Source of the DNA: Bacillota bacterium
GTDB lineage: Bacteria > Bacillota > Dehalobacteriia > UBA4068
NCBI GenBank assembly: GCA_030527285.1
Contig: JAUNBC010000004.1
Span: forward strand, 5,781-69,780
DNA: 64,000 nt
Reading direction: 5' to 3'
Part shown: positions 17,967 through 26,184 of the stretch, piece by piece
Layout: the number at the start of each line of letters is the position of its first letter
How positions within the stretch are numbered: position 1 is the first letter of the stretch
Position numbers and translations under genes: made by a program
The notes under the pieces: model-generated
Database searches by the model: none
Seen by the model: the letters and a program-made list of their open reading frames with translations, nothing else
Told to the model about the DNA's origin: nothing

Positions 17967-19574
17967 ATGGCGGAAATGATTTTCGGTTTAGTCGGCGGAC
18001 TGGCGTTGTTTATTTACGGCATTCAATGTATGGGCGAGGGCCTGCAAAAATTGACCGCCGATAAACTGCGCAAGGTGTTTTCGATGATCAGCGGCCTGCC
18101 GGTGATCGGCGTATTGCTCGGCGCGGGCGTGACCGCGGTGGTGCAGAGCTCCAGCTTGACCACGGTTTTGGCGGTGAGCTTCGTCAATGCCTCGCTGATG
18201 AGCCTCAAGCAGGCGATAGCGGTCATCATGGGCGCGAATATCGGTACCACGATAACGGCGCAGTTAGTGGCTTTTCAAATCACCAAATACTGGGCGGCGC
18301 TGCTCGGTATCGGGTTTATCATTTATTTCTTTTGCCGCCGTAAGAAGTTGAAGAACGGCGGTTATATTATATTCTCGCTCGGCTTGCTGCTGTTGGGTAT
18401 GGTGACGATGAGCCAGGCCATGTACCCGCTGCGCGAGTCCGAAGCGTTTTTTAATATGATCGCTTTCTTCAGCCAGTACAAGATACTCGGCTTGCTGGCG
18501 GGTATGGTCTTTACCGCCATCGTGCAGAGCAGTTCCGCCGCCATCGGCCTACTGATCGCCATGGCCTCCACCGGCGTGGTGCCGCTGGACGCGGCCTTGC
18601 CGGTGCTGCTGGGCGCTAATATCGGCACCTGTATCACGGCGATGCTGGCGGCTATCGGCGCATCGGTGCCGGCGCGGCGTGTGGCGTTAGCGCATGTGCT
18701 GTTCAATCTGGCCGGTTCGCTGATCTTTATGGCGATACTGCCGTGGTTCTATGATATCGTGATCGCCGTCAGCGCCTCCGACGAGGTGGCGCGGCAGATC
18801 GCCAATGCGCACACGCTGTTCAATGTCATCGCCACGCTGCTGTTCCTGCCGTTGATCAACAAATACACGGCGCTGGTGACATGGCTGATACATGATAAGC
18901 CGAGCGCCGAGAGCCAGATGACGGTCTACCTCGATTGGCAGGTCACGAATATACCGGAGCTGGCGGTGGGGCTGGCGCGCAAGGAGCTGCTGCATATGGG
19001 CAAGCTGGCGGCGGATAATCTGCGCCTGTCTGTGGAAGGGCTGCTGGATAAGGACGCGGACAAGCTTGAGCGGGTCAAGCAGCAGGAGGATATCGTTGAC
19101 GGGGTGGAAAAGGAGATCTGCCGCTATTTGGCCGCCGTCGCGCAAAAGCCGATGAGCGAAATGCTGTCGGTGGAGCATACCGGCCTTCTGCACGCCGCCA
19201 ATGATATCGAGCGTATCAGCGACCATGCCGATAATATCGCCGATCTGGCGCAGGGGATGATCGACGAGCATCTTGATTACAGCGCTGTCGCCAGCGAGCA
19301 TTTGCGGCAGATGTACGCGCTGTCGGCGCGCGTTTACGAGGAGGCGCTGACCGCTTTGGAGCAGCGCGATCTGCAAATGGCGGCTGAGGCGCAGGAATTG
19401 GAGCAGCAGGTGGACGAGCTGGAGCACCGGCTGCGTTCTCAACATATGCGGCGGCTGGTCGAGGGCAGTTGTCAAGCGGAGGCGGGCGTGCTGTTCCTTG
19501 ACGTGATCAGCAACCTGGAGCGAGTCAGCGATCATGCGAACAATATCGCGAATATAACGCAAGGCAAGATATAA
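17967..19574 (+). CDS. Na/Pi cotransporter family protein with C-terminal PhoU-like repeats
   Basis: Start MAEMIFGLVGGLALFIYGIQCMGEGLQK after GGGAGGCGGAAGGGAG. Duplicated NaPi-II repeats (QSSS...). Two PhoU-like E/D-rich helical repeats ending ERVSDHANNIA. Confidence 0.85.
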   Translation: MAEMIFGLVGGLALFIYGIQCMGEGLQKLTADKLRKVFSMISGLPVIGVLLGAGVTAVVQSSSLTTVLAVSFVNASLMSLKQAIAVIMGANIGTTITAQLVAFQITKYWAALLGIGFIIYFFCRRKKLKNGGYIIFSLGLLLLGMVTMSQAMYPLRESEAFFNMIAFFSQYKILGLLAGMVFTAIVQSSSAAIGLLIAMASTGVVPLDAALPVLLGANIGTCITAMLAAIGASVPARRVALAHVLFNLAGSLIFMAILPWFYDIVIAVSASDEVARQIANAHTLFNVIATLLFLPLINKYTALVTWLIHDKPSAESQMTVYLDWQVTNIPELAVGLARKELLHMGKLAADNLRLSVEGLLDKDADKLERVKQQEDIVDGVEKEICRYLAAVAQKPMSEMLSVEHTGLLHAANDIERISDHADNIADLAQGMIDEHLDYSAVASEHLRQMYALSARVYEEALTALEQRDLQMAAEAQELEQQVDELEHRLRSQHMRRLVEGSCQAEAGVLFLDVISNLERVSDHANNIANITQGKI

Positions 19575-19582
19575 TACTAAAG

Positions 19583-19610
19583 AAAAAGCCCTGTTTGCAC
19601 AGGGCTTTTT
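19583..19610 (+). terminator. rho-independent terminator
   Basis: AAAAAGCCCTG-tttgca-CAGGGCTTTTT. Confidence 0.75.
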
Positions 19611-19623
19611 GATCAAGGTGCGG

Positions 19624-19666
19624 AAAACCGCCGCCTGCCTAAGGCGCGCCGCCTTGGCGGTTTTTT
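19624..19666 (-). terminator. terminator downstream of thrS (also readable on + strand)
   Basis: Outer stem AAAACCGCC / GGCGGTTTT with inner hairpin AAGGCG-cgc-CGCCTT. T/A runs on both sides. Confidence 0.6.
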
Positions 19667-19684
19667 GTTTGGCTGCGTTCATTA

Positions 19685-21586
19685 TCAGCGGACTTTGGCG
19701 GCGATCTCCTGCTTGAGCAGGGCGATGATCTCGTCGAGCGGTTTGGCTCCCAGATCGCCCTCGCCGCGTTTGCGTACGGCGGCGGTTCCGCTCTCCATCT
19801 CCTTATCGCCTAATACCAGCATATACGGCGTTTTCTCATTCTGCGCGGCGCGTATCTTGTAGCCGATCTTCTCATTGCGGCTGTCGATCTCGCAGCGGAT
19901 GCCGGCGGCGGCGAGCTGCGCTGCTATCTGCCCGGCGTATTCGTCCTGCCGGTCGGTGATGGTCAGTATTTTGACCTGCACCGGCGACAGCCACAGCGGG
20001 AAAGCGCCGGCGAAATGCTCGGTGATCACGCCGATGAAGCGCTCGACGGAGCCGAAAACGACGCGGTGTATCATCACCGGGCAATGCTTGTCGCCGTCGG
20101 CGCCGGTGAATTCCAAATCAAAGCGGCCGGGCAGCTGGTAATCGAGCTGGATAGTGCCGCATTGCCAGGTGCGGCCAAGGCTGTCGAGGATATGGAAATC
20201 GAGCTTGGGGCCATAGAACGCGCCGTCGCCGGGGTTGACGGTATATTCTTTGCCCACGCTCTCGATCGCGTCGGACAGCGCCCGGGTGGCGATATCCCAG
20301 TCTTCGACCGAGCCGATATGATCTTCGGGCATCGTAGACAGCTCGATGGTATAGGGCAGGCCGAACAGGTTATATACCTCGTCAAACAGCTGGACGATGC
20401 GCACCACTTCGCCGGTGATCTGCTCCTTGGCTAACAGTATATGCGCGTCGTCCTGAGTGAAGCAGCGCACGCGGAACATCCCATGCAGCGCGCCGGACAG
20501 CTCATGCCGATGCACGCAGCCCAGCTCGCCGTAGCGCAGCGGCAATTCGCGGTAGGAATGAGGCTCCAACTCATAAACAAGGATGCTGCCGGGGCAGTTC
20601 ATCGGTTTGATCGCGAAATCCTCCCCGTCGATCAGCGTGGTATACATATTGTCCTTGTAATGCTCCCAGTGGCCGGAGGTTTCCCAAAGGCTGCGGCGCA
20701 TGATCTGCGGCGTGGAGATCTCCACGTAATCCCATTTTTTATGCACCTCGCGCCAGTAATCGATCAGCGTATTGCGCAGTACCATACCCTTGGGCAGGAA
20801 GAAGGGCATACCCGGCGCTTCGTCGCTGAAGGCGAACAGCGACAGCTCGCGCCCCAGCTTGCGATGGTCGCGGCGCTTGGCTTCCTCGAGGTTGAACAGG
20901 TATTCGTCGAGCTGCTCGCGCGTGGGGAAGGCGGTGGCATAGATGCGCTGCAGCATTTTCTTAGAGCTGTCGCCATGCCAATAGGCTCCGGCCACGCTCA
21001 TCAGCTTGAAAGCCTTGACCATACCGGTGGCCGGCAGATGCGGGCCGGCGCACAGATCGGTGAAATCGCCCTGCGTATACAGCGAGATCACCGCGTCAGC
21101 GGGCAGATTTTCGATCAGATCGACCTTGTAGATCTCGCCCTTATCGCCGAATAGCTTCAGCGCTTCCTCGCGCGAGACTTCACGGCGCTCGAATTTGAGA
21201 TTCTGCTTGACGATCTTCTTCATCTCGGCTTCGATGGCGGCCATATCCTCGTCGGTGAAGATGTGCTCGCTGTCCAGGTCATAGTAGAAGCCGTCCTTGA
21301 TCGCCGGACCGATGCCGAACTTGGTGTCGGGGAACAGATGCTGTATCGCCTGCGCCATGATATGCGAGGAGCTGTGGCGGAAAGTATGCGCGCCGTCCTC
21401 GTCGTCAAAGCCGATAAACTCCAGCTCATCGCCTTCAGCGGGAATGTAGGTAAGCTCGCGTATTTTGCCGTTGACGCGCACCGCCAGATACTGCTTGTAT
21501 TGCTCCGGCTCCAGCGCCTTGATCAACGCGGCCGCCGGCAACGCCTCGACCTGTTGCTGTCCGTGCTTGCTGATGCTGATATTCAT
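19685..21586 (-). CDS. thrS: threonine--tRNA ligase
   Basis: 633 aa. TGS domain, editing domain (HSSSH), class II core (HRKLGRELSLF, FRHSSSH), anticodon-binding domain. RBS AAGGAGG. Confidence 0.96.
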   Translation of the reverse strand: MNISISKHGQQQVEALPAAALIKALEPEQYKQYLAVRVNGKIRELTYIPAEGDELEFIGFDDEDGAHTFRHSSSHIMAQAIQHLFPDTKFGIGPAIKDGFYYDLDSEHIFTDEDMAAIEAEMKKIVKQNLKFERREVSREEALKLFGDKGEIYKVDLIENLPADAVISLYTQGDFTDLCAGPHLPATGMVKAFKLMSVAGAYWHGDSSKKMLQRIYATAFPTREQLDEYLFNLEEAKRRDHRKLGRELSLFAFSDEAPGMPFFLPKGMVLRNTLIDYWREVHKKWDYVEISTPQIMRRSLWETSGHWEHYKDNMYTTLIDGEDFAIKPMNCPGSILVYELEPHSYRELPLRYGELGCVHRHELSGALHGMFRVRCFTQDDAHILLAKEQITGEVVRIVQLFDEVYNLFGLPYTIELSTMPEDHIGSVEDWDIATRALSDAIESVGKEYTVNPGDGAFYGPKLDFHILDSLGRTWQCGTIQLDYQLPGRFDLEFTGADGDKHCPVMIHRVVFGSVERFIGVITEHFAGAFPLWLSPVQVKILTITDRQDEYAGQIAAQLAAAGIRCEIDSRNEKIGYKIRAAQNEKTPYMLVLGDKEMESGTAAVRKRGEGDLGAKPLDEIIALLKQEIAAKVR

Positions 21587-21847
21587 ATAGACCTCCTTGC
21601 TCCCGCCAGCGGCGGAAAAAAATAAGCCTCACCCCGACACGGGATGAAGCATGGCTCCACGGTTCCACCCGAATTATACCGCCTGCGGTATCGCTCGTAT
21701 GCTCTGACGCGGCTTCACGGCGGGGGTTCGCCCCCGCGCTCACCGGTGGTAAATAACGCTTATCCTGCCGCCTTCACAGCTGCCGGCGGCTCTCTTTGAG
21801 GCATCAGACGCTATCCATGTCCGGATCATCGCTTTATTATTGAATTA
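21587..21847 (-). promoter_or_regulatory. T-box riboswitch leader (threonine, ACC specifier) with intrinsic terminator
   Basis: Minus strand, 5' to 3': AGAGA bulge (complement of 21791-21795); candidate specifier ttt-ACC-ACC-gg (complement of 21745-21750); T-box sequence AATTCGGGTGGAACCGTGGAG (complement of about 21655-21677); terminator stem (21626-21650) followed by TTATTTTTTT. Confidence 0.85.
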
Positions 21848-21853
21848 CAACTG

Positions 21854-21882
21854 ATTGTACCATTTGCCGCCGCCGCTGTCAA
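21854..21882 (-). promoter_or_regulatory. sigma-A type promoter of the thrS T-box leader
   Basis: Minus strand TTGACA (complement of 21877-21882), 17 nt, TACAAT (complement of 21854-21859). The -35 overlaps the ytxC-like stop codon. Confidence 0.7.
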
Positions 21883-22619
21883 CCGATAATTAGCCTGCCC
21901 TCGAACAAATAGTCGAGCAGCGCGAGCAGCGGCTGCGCCGCGTATTCGGCGCTGTGTACGATCAGCCGCGCCGGCGCCAATTGCAGCAGCGTGGCGAGCA
22001 GCAGCTCCTCATAGCAGGCGACGCGCCCGCCTTCCAGACTGTGCAGCCCTTGTTCATCGCGGCGGCACAGATCATAGCCGGCGGCGTTGAAGAACAGATG
22101 CAGCTCATCGCGCCCCTCGCGCGCGGCGCATAGTCTCTTGAGCTGCTGATAGCAGGCGGCTTCCTCCTGCTCGGCCACCAATTCGTCGGCGGCCAGCGCC
22201 AGCCGCGACAGCAGATACTCGCGCCAGCCGCTGAGGCCGAAACGGCAGAAGCCGCCAAGATCGAAGCGCGGCGTTTGCTCAAGCTGCGCCGCGATGCGGG
22301 CGGCAAGCAGCGTGCGCCGCGCGCCGCCGATATACGGGCAGCCGTGCGCTGCGTCCTCGGCGATCAGCAGCGTAAGGCGCGCCAGCAATTGCCGCCGCTC
22401 CGCGTCATCATAGCAGGCATAGCGCCGGTCCAGCAGTTGACGCAGCAGCAGCGGCTCGTAGCGGTCGAGCAGGCAATCGGCCAGGGCGGCGGCGGTGACG
22501 GTAAGCTCGGCGCGCGGGCAATGGATAACGCCGCCGCGGATGCTGATATTAGCCCCCAGACGGCTGGCGCGGAGAATAAAGTATGGCAAAAAACTATCGT
22601 CGATGCTAATATGGATCAT
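21879..22619 (-). CDS. ytxC: YtxC-like sporulation protein
   Basis: Located immediately upstream of thrS, as in Bacillus. Motif LGGFCRFGLSGWREYL...AADELVAEQEEAACYQQL resembles the YtxC family. Start at MIHISIDD (22619) is chosen over the upstream ATGs at 22748/22676, but no clear RBS is present. Confidence 0.6.
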   Translation of the reverse strand: MIHISIDDSFLPYFILRASRLGANISIRGGVIHCPRAELTVTAAALADCLLDRYEPLLLRQLLDRRYACYDDAERRQLLARLTLLIAEDAAHGCPYIGGARRTLLAARIAAQLEQTPRFDLGGFCRFGLSGWREYLLSRLALAADELVAEQEEAACYQQLKRLCAAREGRDELHLFFNAAGYDLCRRDEQGLHSLEGGRVACYEELLLATLLQLAPARLIVHSAEYAAQPLLALLDYLFEGRLIIG

Positions 22620-22655
22620 AGGCGTATTATATGCCGCGGCAAGGCAAAATAACCC

Positions 22656-22684
22656 TTGACAGGGCTTTTGCGGCATGCTATAAT
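22656..22684 (+). promoter_or_regulatory. sigma-A type promoter of the infC-rpmI-rplT operon
   Basis: Perfect TTGACA (22656-22661), 17 nt, perfect TATAAT (22679-22684). Confidence 0.75.
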
Positions 22685-22853
22685 CATCAAGTGCTTTAAC
22701 CAAGCAGAAGTTACCGCTTCTCACCTGAGGGCTGCGCGCTCGGGTCATATAGCAAAGCGCCTGTATCTGGGCGTGGCTATGTGTCGCGGTGATTTTGGCC
22801 GCGATTTTTTTGTACGCGGGAGATCGCCAACAGGCTTTACGGAGGTGAATAGG
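22685..22853 (+). promoter_or_regulatory. candidate L20-responsive leader with attenuator hairpin
   Basis: About 170-nt leader before infC, as in Firmicute L20 leaders. Hairpin TCGCGG-tgattttgg-CCGCGA (22784-22804) followed by TTTTTTT (22805-22811). Confidence 0.5.
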
Positions 22854-23363
22854 ATTAAGGAGTTAAGAATCAACGACGCCATCAGAGCGCCGGAAATCCG
22901 CTTAGTCGGCGACGGCGACGATACGGAGATACTGCAATTGCGCGACGCTCAGGCGCGCGCTATCGAAAAGGGTCTGGATCTGGTCGAGATATCGCCAAAT
23001 GCCAAGCCGCCGGTATGCCGGATCATGAATTACGGCAAATATCGTTTCGAGCAGACCAAGCGGGAAAAGGAAGCGCGCAAAAACCAGCGCACCGTCCAGC
23101 TCAAAGAGGTCAAGTTCCGCCCCAATATCGAGGATAACGACTATAATACCAAGGTCAAGAACGCCGAGCGTTTTTTGGCCGACGGGGATAAGGTCAAGGC
23201 CACGGTAATGTTCCGCGGGCGCGAGGTCACCCACCCGGAGCTGGGTCGGGAGATACTGAAAAATCTCACCGAGCGGCTGGCGGAGATCGCTGTTGCGGAA
23301 AAGGCTCCCAAGCTCGAGGGCAAGAACATGACTGTGATCTTTGCCCCCAAGCAGAATAAATAA
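22854..23363 (+). CDS. infC: translation initiation factor IF-3 (non-canonical ATT start)
   Basis: ATT at 22854 lies 8 nt after GGAGG (22841-22845). N-terminus (I)[22 protein letters not shown] and [17 protein letters not shown] match IF-3. An in-frame GTG at 22845 is an alternative but abuts the SD sequence. Confidence 0.9.
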   Translation: MKELRINDAIRAPEIRLVGDGDDTEILQLRDAQARAIEKGLDLVEISPNAKPPVCRIMNYGKYRFEQTKREKEARKNQRTVQLKEVKFRPNIEDNDYNTKVKNAERFLADGDKVKATVMFRGREVTHPELGREILKNLTERLAEIAVAEKAPKLEGKNMTVIFAPKQNK

Positions 23364-23398
23364 TACGAGACTACTATCGACAGGAAAGAGGGAAAATA

Positions 23399-23596
23399 AT
23401 GCCTAAAATGAAGACCCATCGCGGTACTGCGAAAAGAGTGAAAGTTACCGGTACCGGTAAATTCAAGCGCCATCATGCCTATTGCAGCCATAAGCTCGGC
23501 AGCAAGACCGCCAAGCGCAAGCGTCATCTGCGTCAGGGCGCGATCGGCACCAGCGCCGACGTCAAGAGCTTGCGTAAACTGATACCGTACGCATAA
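23399..23596 (+). CDS. rpmI: 50S ribosomal protein L35
   Basis: [24 protein letters not shown]. Confidence 0.95.
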   Translation: MPKMKTHRGTAKRVKVTGTGKFKRHHAYCSHKLGSKTAKRKRHLRQGAIGTSADVKSLRKLIPYA

Positions 23597-23631
23597 CCGC
23601 GATTCTAATTACTGTTAAGGAGAGATAAACA

Positions 23632-23988
23632 ATGACCAGAGTTAAAAGAGGTATGACCCGCCACGCGCGTCATAAGAAAGTATTAAAGCTGACAAAAGGC
23701 TATCGCGCTTCCAATTCCAAGCTGTTCAAGGTAGCAAATGAGCAGCTGCTGCATTCGATGGCTTATTCCTTTGCGCATCGCCGCAAGAAGAAGGGCGATT
23801 TCCGCAAACTGTGGATCAGCCGCATCAATGCCGGCGCGCGTTTGAACGGCATGTCCTATTCGACGATGATACACGGCCTGAAGAATGCCGGCGTTGACGT
23901 TAACCGCAAGATGCTGGCCGAGCTGGCCGTCAGCGACGCCGCCGCGTTCAGCAAATTTGCCGACGTAGCCAAGCAAGCGTTGAAATAA
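23632..23988 (+). CDS. rplT: 50S ribosomal protein L20
   Basis: [25 protein letters not shown]... Confidence 0.95.
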   Translation: MTRVKRGMTRHARHKKVLKLTKGYRASNSKLFKVANEQLLHSMAYSFAHRRKKKGDFRKLWISRINAGARLNGMSYSTMIHGLKNAGVDVNRKMLAELAVSDAAAFSKFADVAKQALK

Positions 23989-24000
23989 CCAAGACGCGAT

Positions 24001-24033
24001 CAGGATACCGTGTATGCGGTATCCTGTTTTTTT
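24001..24033 (+). terminator. rho-independent terminator after rplT
   Basis: CAGGATACCG-tgtatg-CGGTATCCTG followed by TTTTTTT. Confidence 0.85.
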
Positions 24034-24041
24034 GGAGAGCC

Positions 24042-24839
24042 ATGCGAACCATTACAGGCAAAGACAATCAATATCTCAAGCTGGCGCGCTCCCTGGCGAG
24101 CAAGAAGGCGCGCCGCGAGCGCGGCTGCTTTCTCGTCGAGGGTCTGCGTCTGAGCGAGGAGCTGCTGGCTTCGTCCTTTGCCGTGCGCTATGGCCTGTGC
24201 AGCGAGCGCATCAGCGGCGACGGGCGCGGGCAAGCGCTGCTGACGCTGGCTGCCGCGCGCGGTATCGAGCTGTATATGGTAGAGCAGCGCTTGCTTGACG
24301 GCGTGTCCGCCGCCGAGCATACGCAGGGCATACTATTCGTGGTCGAGCTGCCGATGGCCGCGCCGCTGCCGGTTTTGCGCAAACAGGCGCTGCTCGGCGA
24401 CCGTATCGCCGACCCGGGCAATCTCGGCGCGATGCTGCGTACAGCGCAGGCGGCGGGCGCCGCGGCTTTCATCACCAATGCCGGCTGCGCCGATCTGTTC
24501 GCGCCCAAAACGGTGCGCGCCTCGATGGGCGCGCTGTTCAAGCTGCCGTTATGGGCCGAGGCCGCCGATGAGGACGTTTACGCCGCCTGCCGCGTGCAAG
24601 GGCTGGAGATCTGCGTGGCCGCCGCCTGCGGCGAGAACGTGTTCGCCGCGCCGCCGCTATGGGTGCTGGGCGCGGAGGCCGTGGGCGTGAGCGAGTTCTG
24701 GCTCAGTCGCGCCGACCGCCGTATCAGCTTGCCGATGGCGGCCAACGCCGAATCGCTGAACGTCGCGGCAGCCGCGGCGGTGCTGCTGTATCAAGGCGCG
24801 TATGGCGGATTTGCGCCGCCCGCTGCGGAAAAAATTTAA
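24042..24839 (+). CDS. TrmH/SpoU family RNA 2'-O-methyltransferase (YsgA-like)
   Basis: SpoU motifs GNLGAMLRTA and AESLNVAAAAAVLLYQ. Position after rplT, as for Bacillus ysgA. Confidence 0.85.
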   Translation: MRTITGKDNQYLKLARSLASKKARRERGCFLVEGLRLSEELLASSFAVRYGLCSERISGDGRGQALLTLAAARGIELYMVEQRLLDGVSAAEHTQGILFVVELPMAAPLPVLRKQALLGDRIADPGNLGAMLRTAQAAGAAAFITNAGCADLFAPKTVRASMGALFKLPLWAEAADEDVYAACRVQGLEICVAAACGENVFAAPPLWVLGAEAVGVSEFWLSRADRRISLPMAANAESLNVAAAAAVLLYQGAYGGFAPPAAEKI

Positions 24840-24858
24840 CGGCGTCCGGCTATCTCTA

Positions 24859-24887
24859 TTGCTCCGGCCGGCGGCTTATGCTATAAT
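24859..24887 (+). promoter_or_regulatory. candidate promoter with extended -10
   Basis: TTGCTC (24859-24864), 17 nt, TG-c-TATAAT (24879-24887). Confidence 0.45.
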
Positions 24888-24951
24888 ACTTGTATAGGCA
24901 ATGCGCCTTGGCATGATCCGCTATTACTTTCAGCGAAGGGAATGATCTTTT

Positions 24952-25044
24952 ATGGGAGCAAAAGCCGAGACCTTATGGAAGATATTTGAGCAGACCGGTT
25001 CAATAGCCGCCTATATAATATACCGCAGGATGATATTGCAATAG
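24952..25044 (+). CDS. small YqzL-like protein (30 aa), absent from the ORF track
   Basis: ATG 24952 to TAG 25042-25044. MGAKAETLWKIFEQTGSIAAYIIYRRMILQ fits the W-K-x-F-x-Q-T-G-x-I-x-x-Y-L-L-[YF]-[KR] pattern I recall for the YqzL family. A weak GAAGGG lies upstream. Confidence 0.55.
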   Translation: MGAKAETLWKIFEQTGSIAAYIIYRRMILQ

Positions 25045-25084
25045 TCTGCCGCGCGTATCCGCATCTACTGTCTAATTAGCGTGT

Positions 25085-25128
25085 AAATTGCCTTTTGTCC
25101 TTGTGATAAAAGGCAATTTGTAATTTAT
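25085..25128 (+). terminator. strong hairpin (terminator or attenuator) 19 nt upstream of the pheS RBS
   Basis: 12-bp stem AAATTGCCTTTT / AAAAGGCAATTT (25085-25096 / 25108-25119), 11-nt loop, T-rich tail gtaatttatt. Confidence 0.55.
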
Positions 25129-25146
25129 TGTCTAAAGGAGCGGGAA

Positions 25147-26184
25147 ATGAAAGAACAACTGGAAGCATTGGAAAAACGAGTCCGCCGGGCGGTGGAGGAG
25201 GCTGACGCTGTGGAAAAGCTGGCCGAGCTGAAGATCGGCTTTCTCGGCAAGAAGGGCGAGATCACGCAGCTATCGCGGCTGATGGGCAGCCTCTCCGCCG
25301 AGGAAAGACCGGCGATGGGGCAAATGGTCAATCAGGTCAAGCAGCAGGCCGAGGCGCTGATCGAGGAAAAGATGGCGTATTTGCAGCAGCAGGCGCAGCA
25401 ATTGCGGTTGCGCGCCGAGCGTATCGACATCACGCTGCCGGGGCGGCCTGTCAATACCGGCGCGCGGCATATCATCACCAGCGTGCAGCAGCAGATCGAG
25501 GACATTTTCATCGGGCTGGGCTATCAGGTGGTCGAGGGGCCGCAGGTCGAGACCGATTACTATAATTTTGAGGCGATGAATATACCGCGCGATCATCCGG
25601 CGCGCGATATGCAGGACAGCTTCTACTTCTCGCCGCAAATGCTGCTGCGCACCCATACCTCGCCGGTGCAGGCGCGTATTATGGAGAAGATGCAGGGCAA
25701 GCTGCCGGTGAAGATCATCTCGCCCGGCGCGGTGTATCGCCGCGACGAGGACGCCACGCATACGCCGATGTTCCATCAGGTCGAGGCTCTGCTGGTGGAC
25801 GAGCGTGTGACTTTTGCCGATCTCAGCGGCACGCTGCTGGCTTTCGCGCGGCAAATGTTCGGCGAGGAGCGGCAGATACGCATGCGTCCTTCCTATTTCC
25901 CCTTCACCGAGCCTTCCGCCGAGGTCGATATTTCCTGCTTTGCCTGCGGCGGCGAGGGCTGCCGTTTATGCAAGGGCAGCGGCTGGATAGAAATACTCGG
26001 CTCGGGCATGGTGCATCCGCGAGTGCTGGAAATGTCCGGTTACGACCCGAAGCATTGCAGCGGCTTTGCCTTTGGCATGGGTATCGAGCGCATTGCGATG
26101 CTCAAATACGGCATCAATGATCTACGGCTGCTGTTCGACAATGACGTGCGCTTCTTGAGCAGCTTTTGGGGAGGTCAGAAATGA
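25147..26184 (+). CDS. pheS: phenylalanine--tRNA ligase alpha subunit
   Basis: Coiled-coil N-terminus. Class II motifs [40 protein letters not shown]. Confidence 0.96.
   Translation: MKEQLEALEKRVRRAVEEADAVEKLAELKIGFLGKKGEITQLSRLMGSLSAEERPAMGQMVNQVKQQAEALIEEKMAYLQQQAQQLRLRAERIDITLPGRPVNTGARHIITSVQQQIEDIFIGLGYQVVEGPQVETDYYNFEAMNIPRDHPARDMQDSFYFSPQMLLRTHTSPVQARIMEKMQGKLPVKIISPGAVYRRDEDATHTPMFHQVEALLVDERVTFADLSGTLLAFARQMFGEERQIRMRPSYFPFTEPSAEVDISCFACGGEGCRLCKGSGWIEILGSGMVHPRVLEMSGYDPKHCSGFAFGMGIERIAMLKYGINDLRLLFDNDVRFLSSFWGGQK

Noticed and set aside
18687-19682. 331-aa minus-strand ORF antisense to the Na/Pi cotransporter gene and spanning its terminator
   Set aside because: Shadow ORF. It crosses two terminator hairpins and has no family resemblance.
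22656-22853. Upstream in-frame portion of the infC ORF (track start 22656)
   Set aside because: It would begin inside the -35 hexamer of the operon promoter and translate the structured leader, including the attenuator hairpin. The conserved IF-3 sequence begins near 22854.
24840-25146. Search for a T-box riboswitch upstream of pheS
   Set aside because: No GGGTGGNACCGCG-type box, AGAGA/specifier architecture or antiterminator is readable on the plus strand. The region instead contains a small ORF and a simple hairpin.
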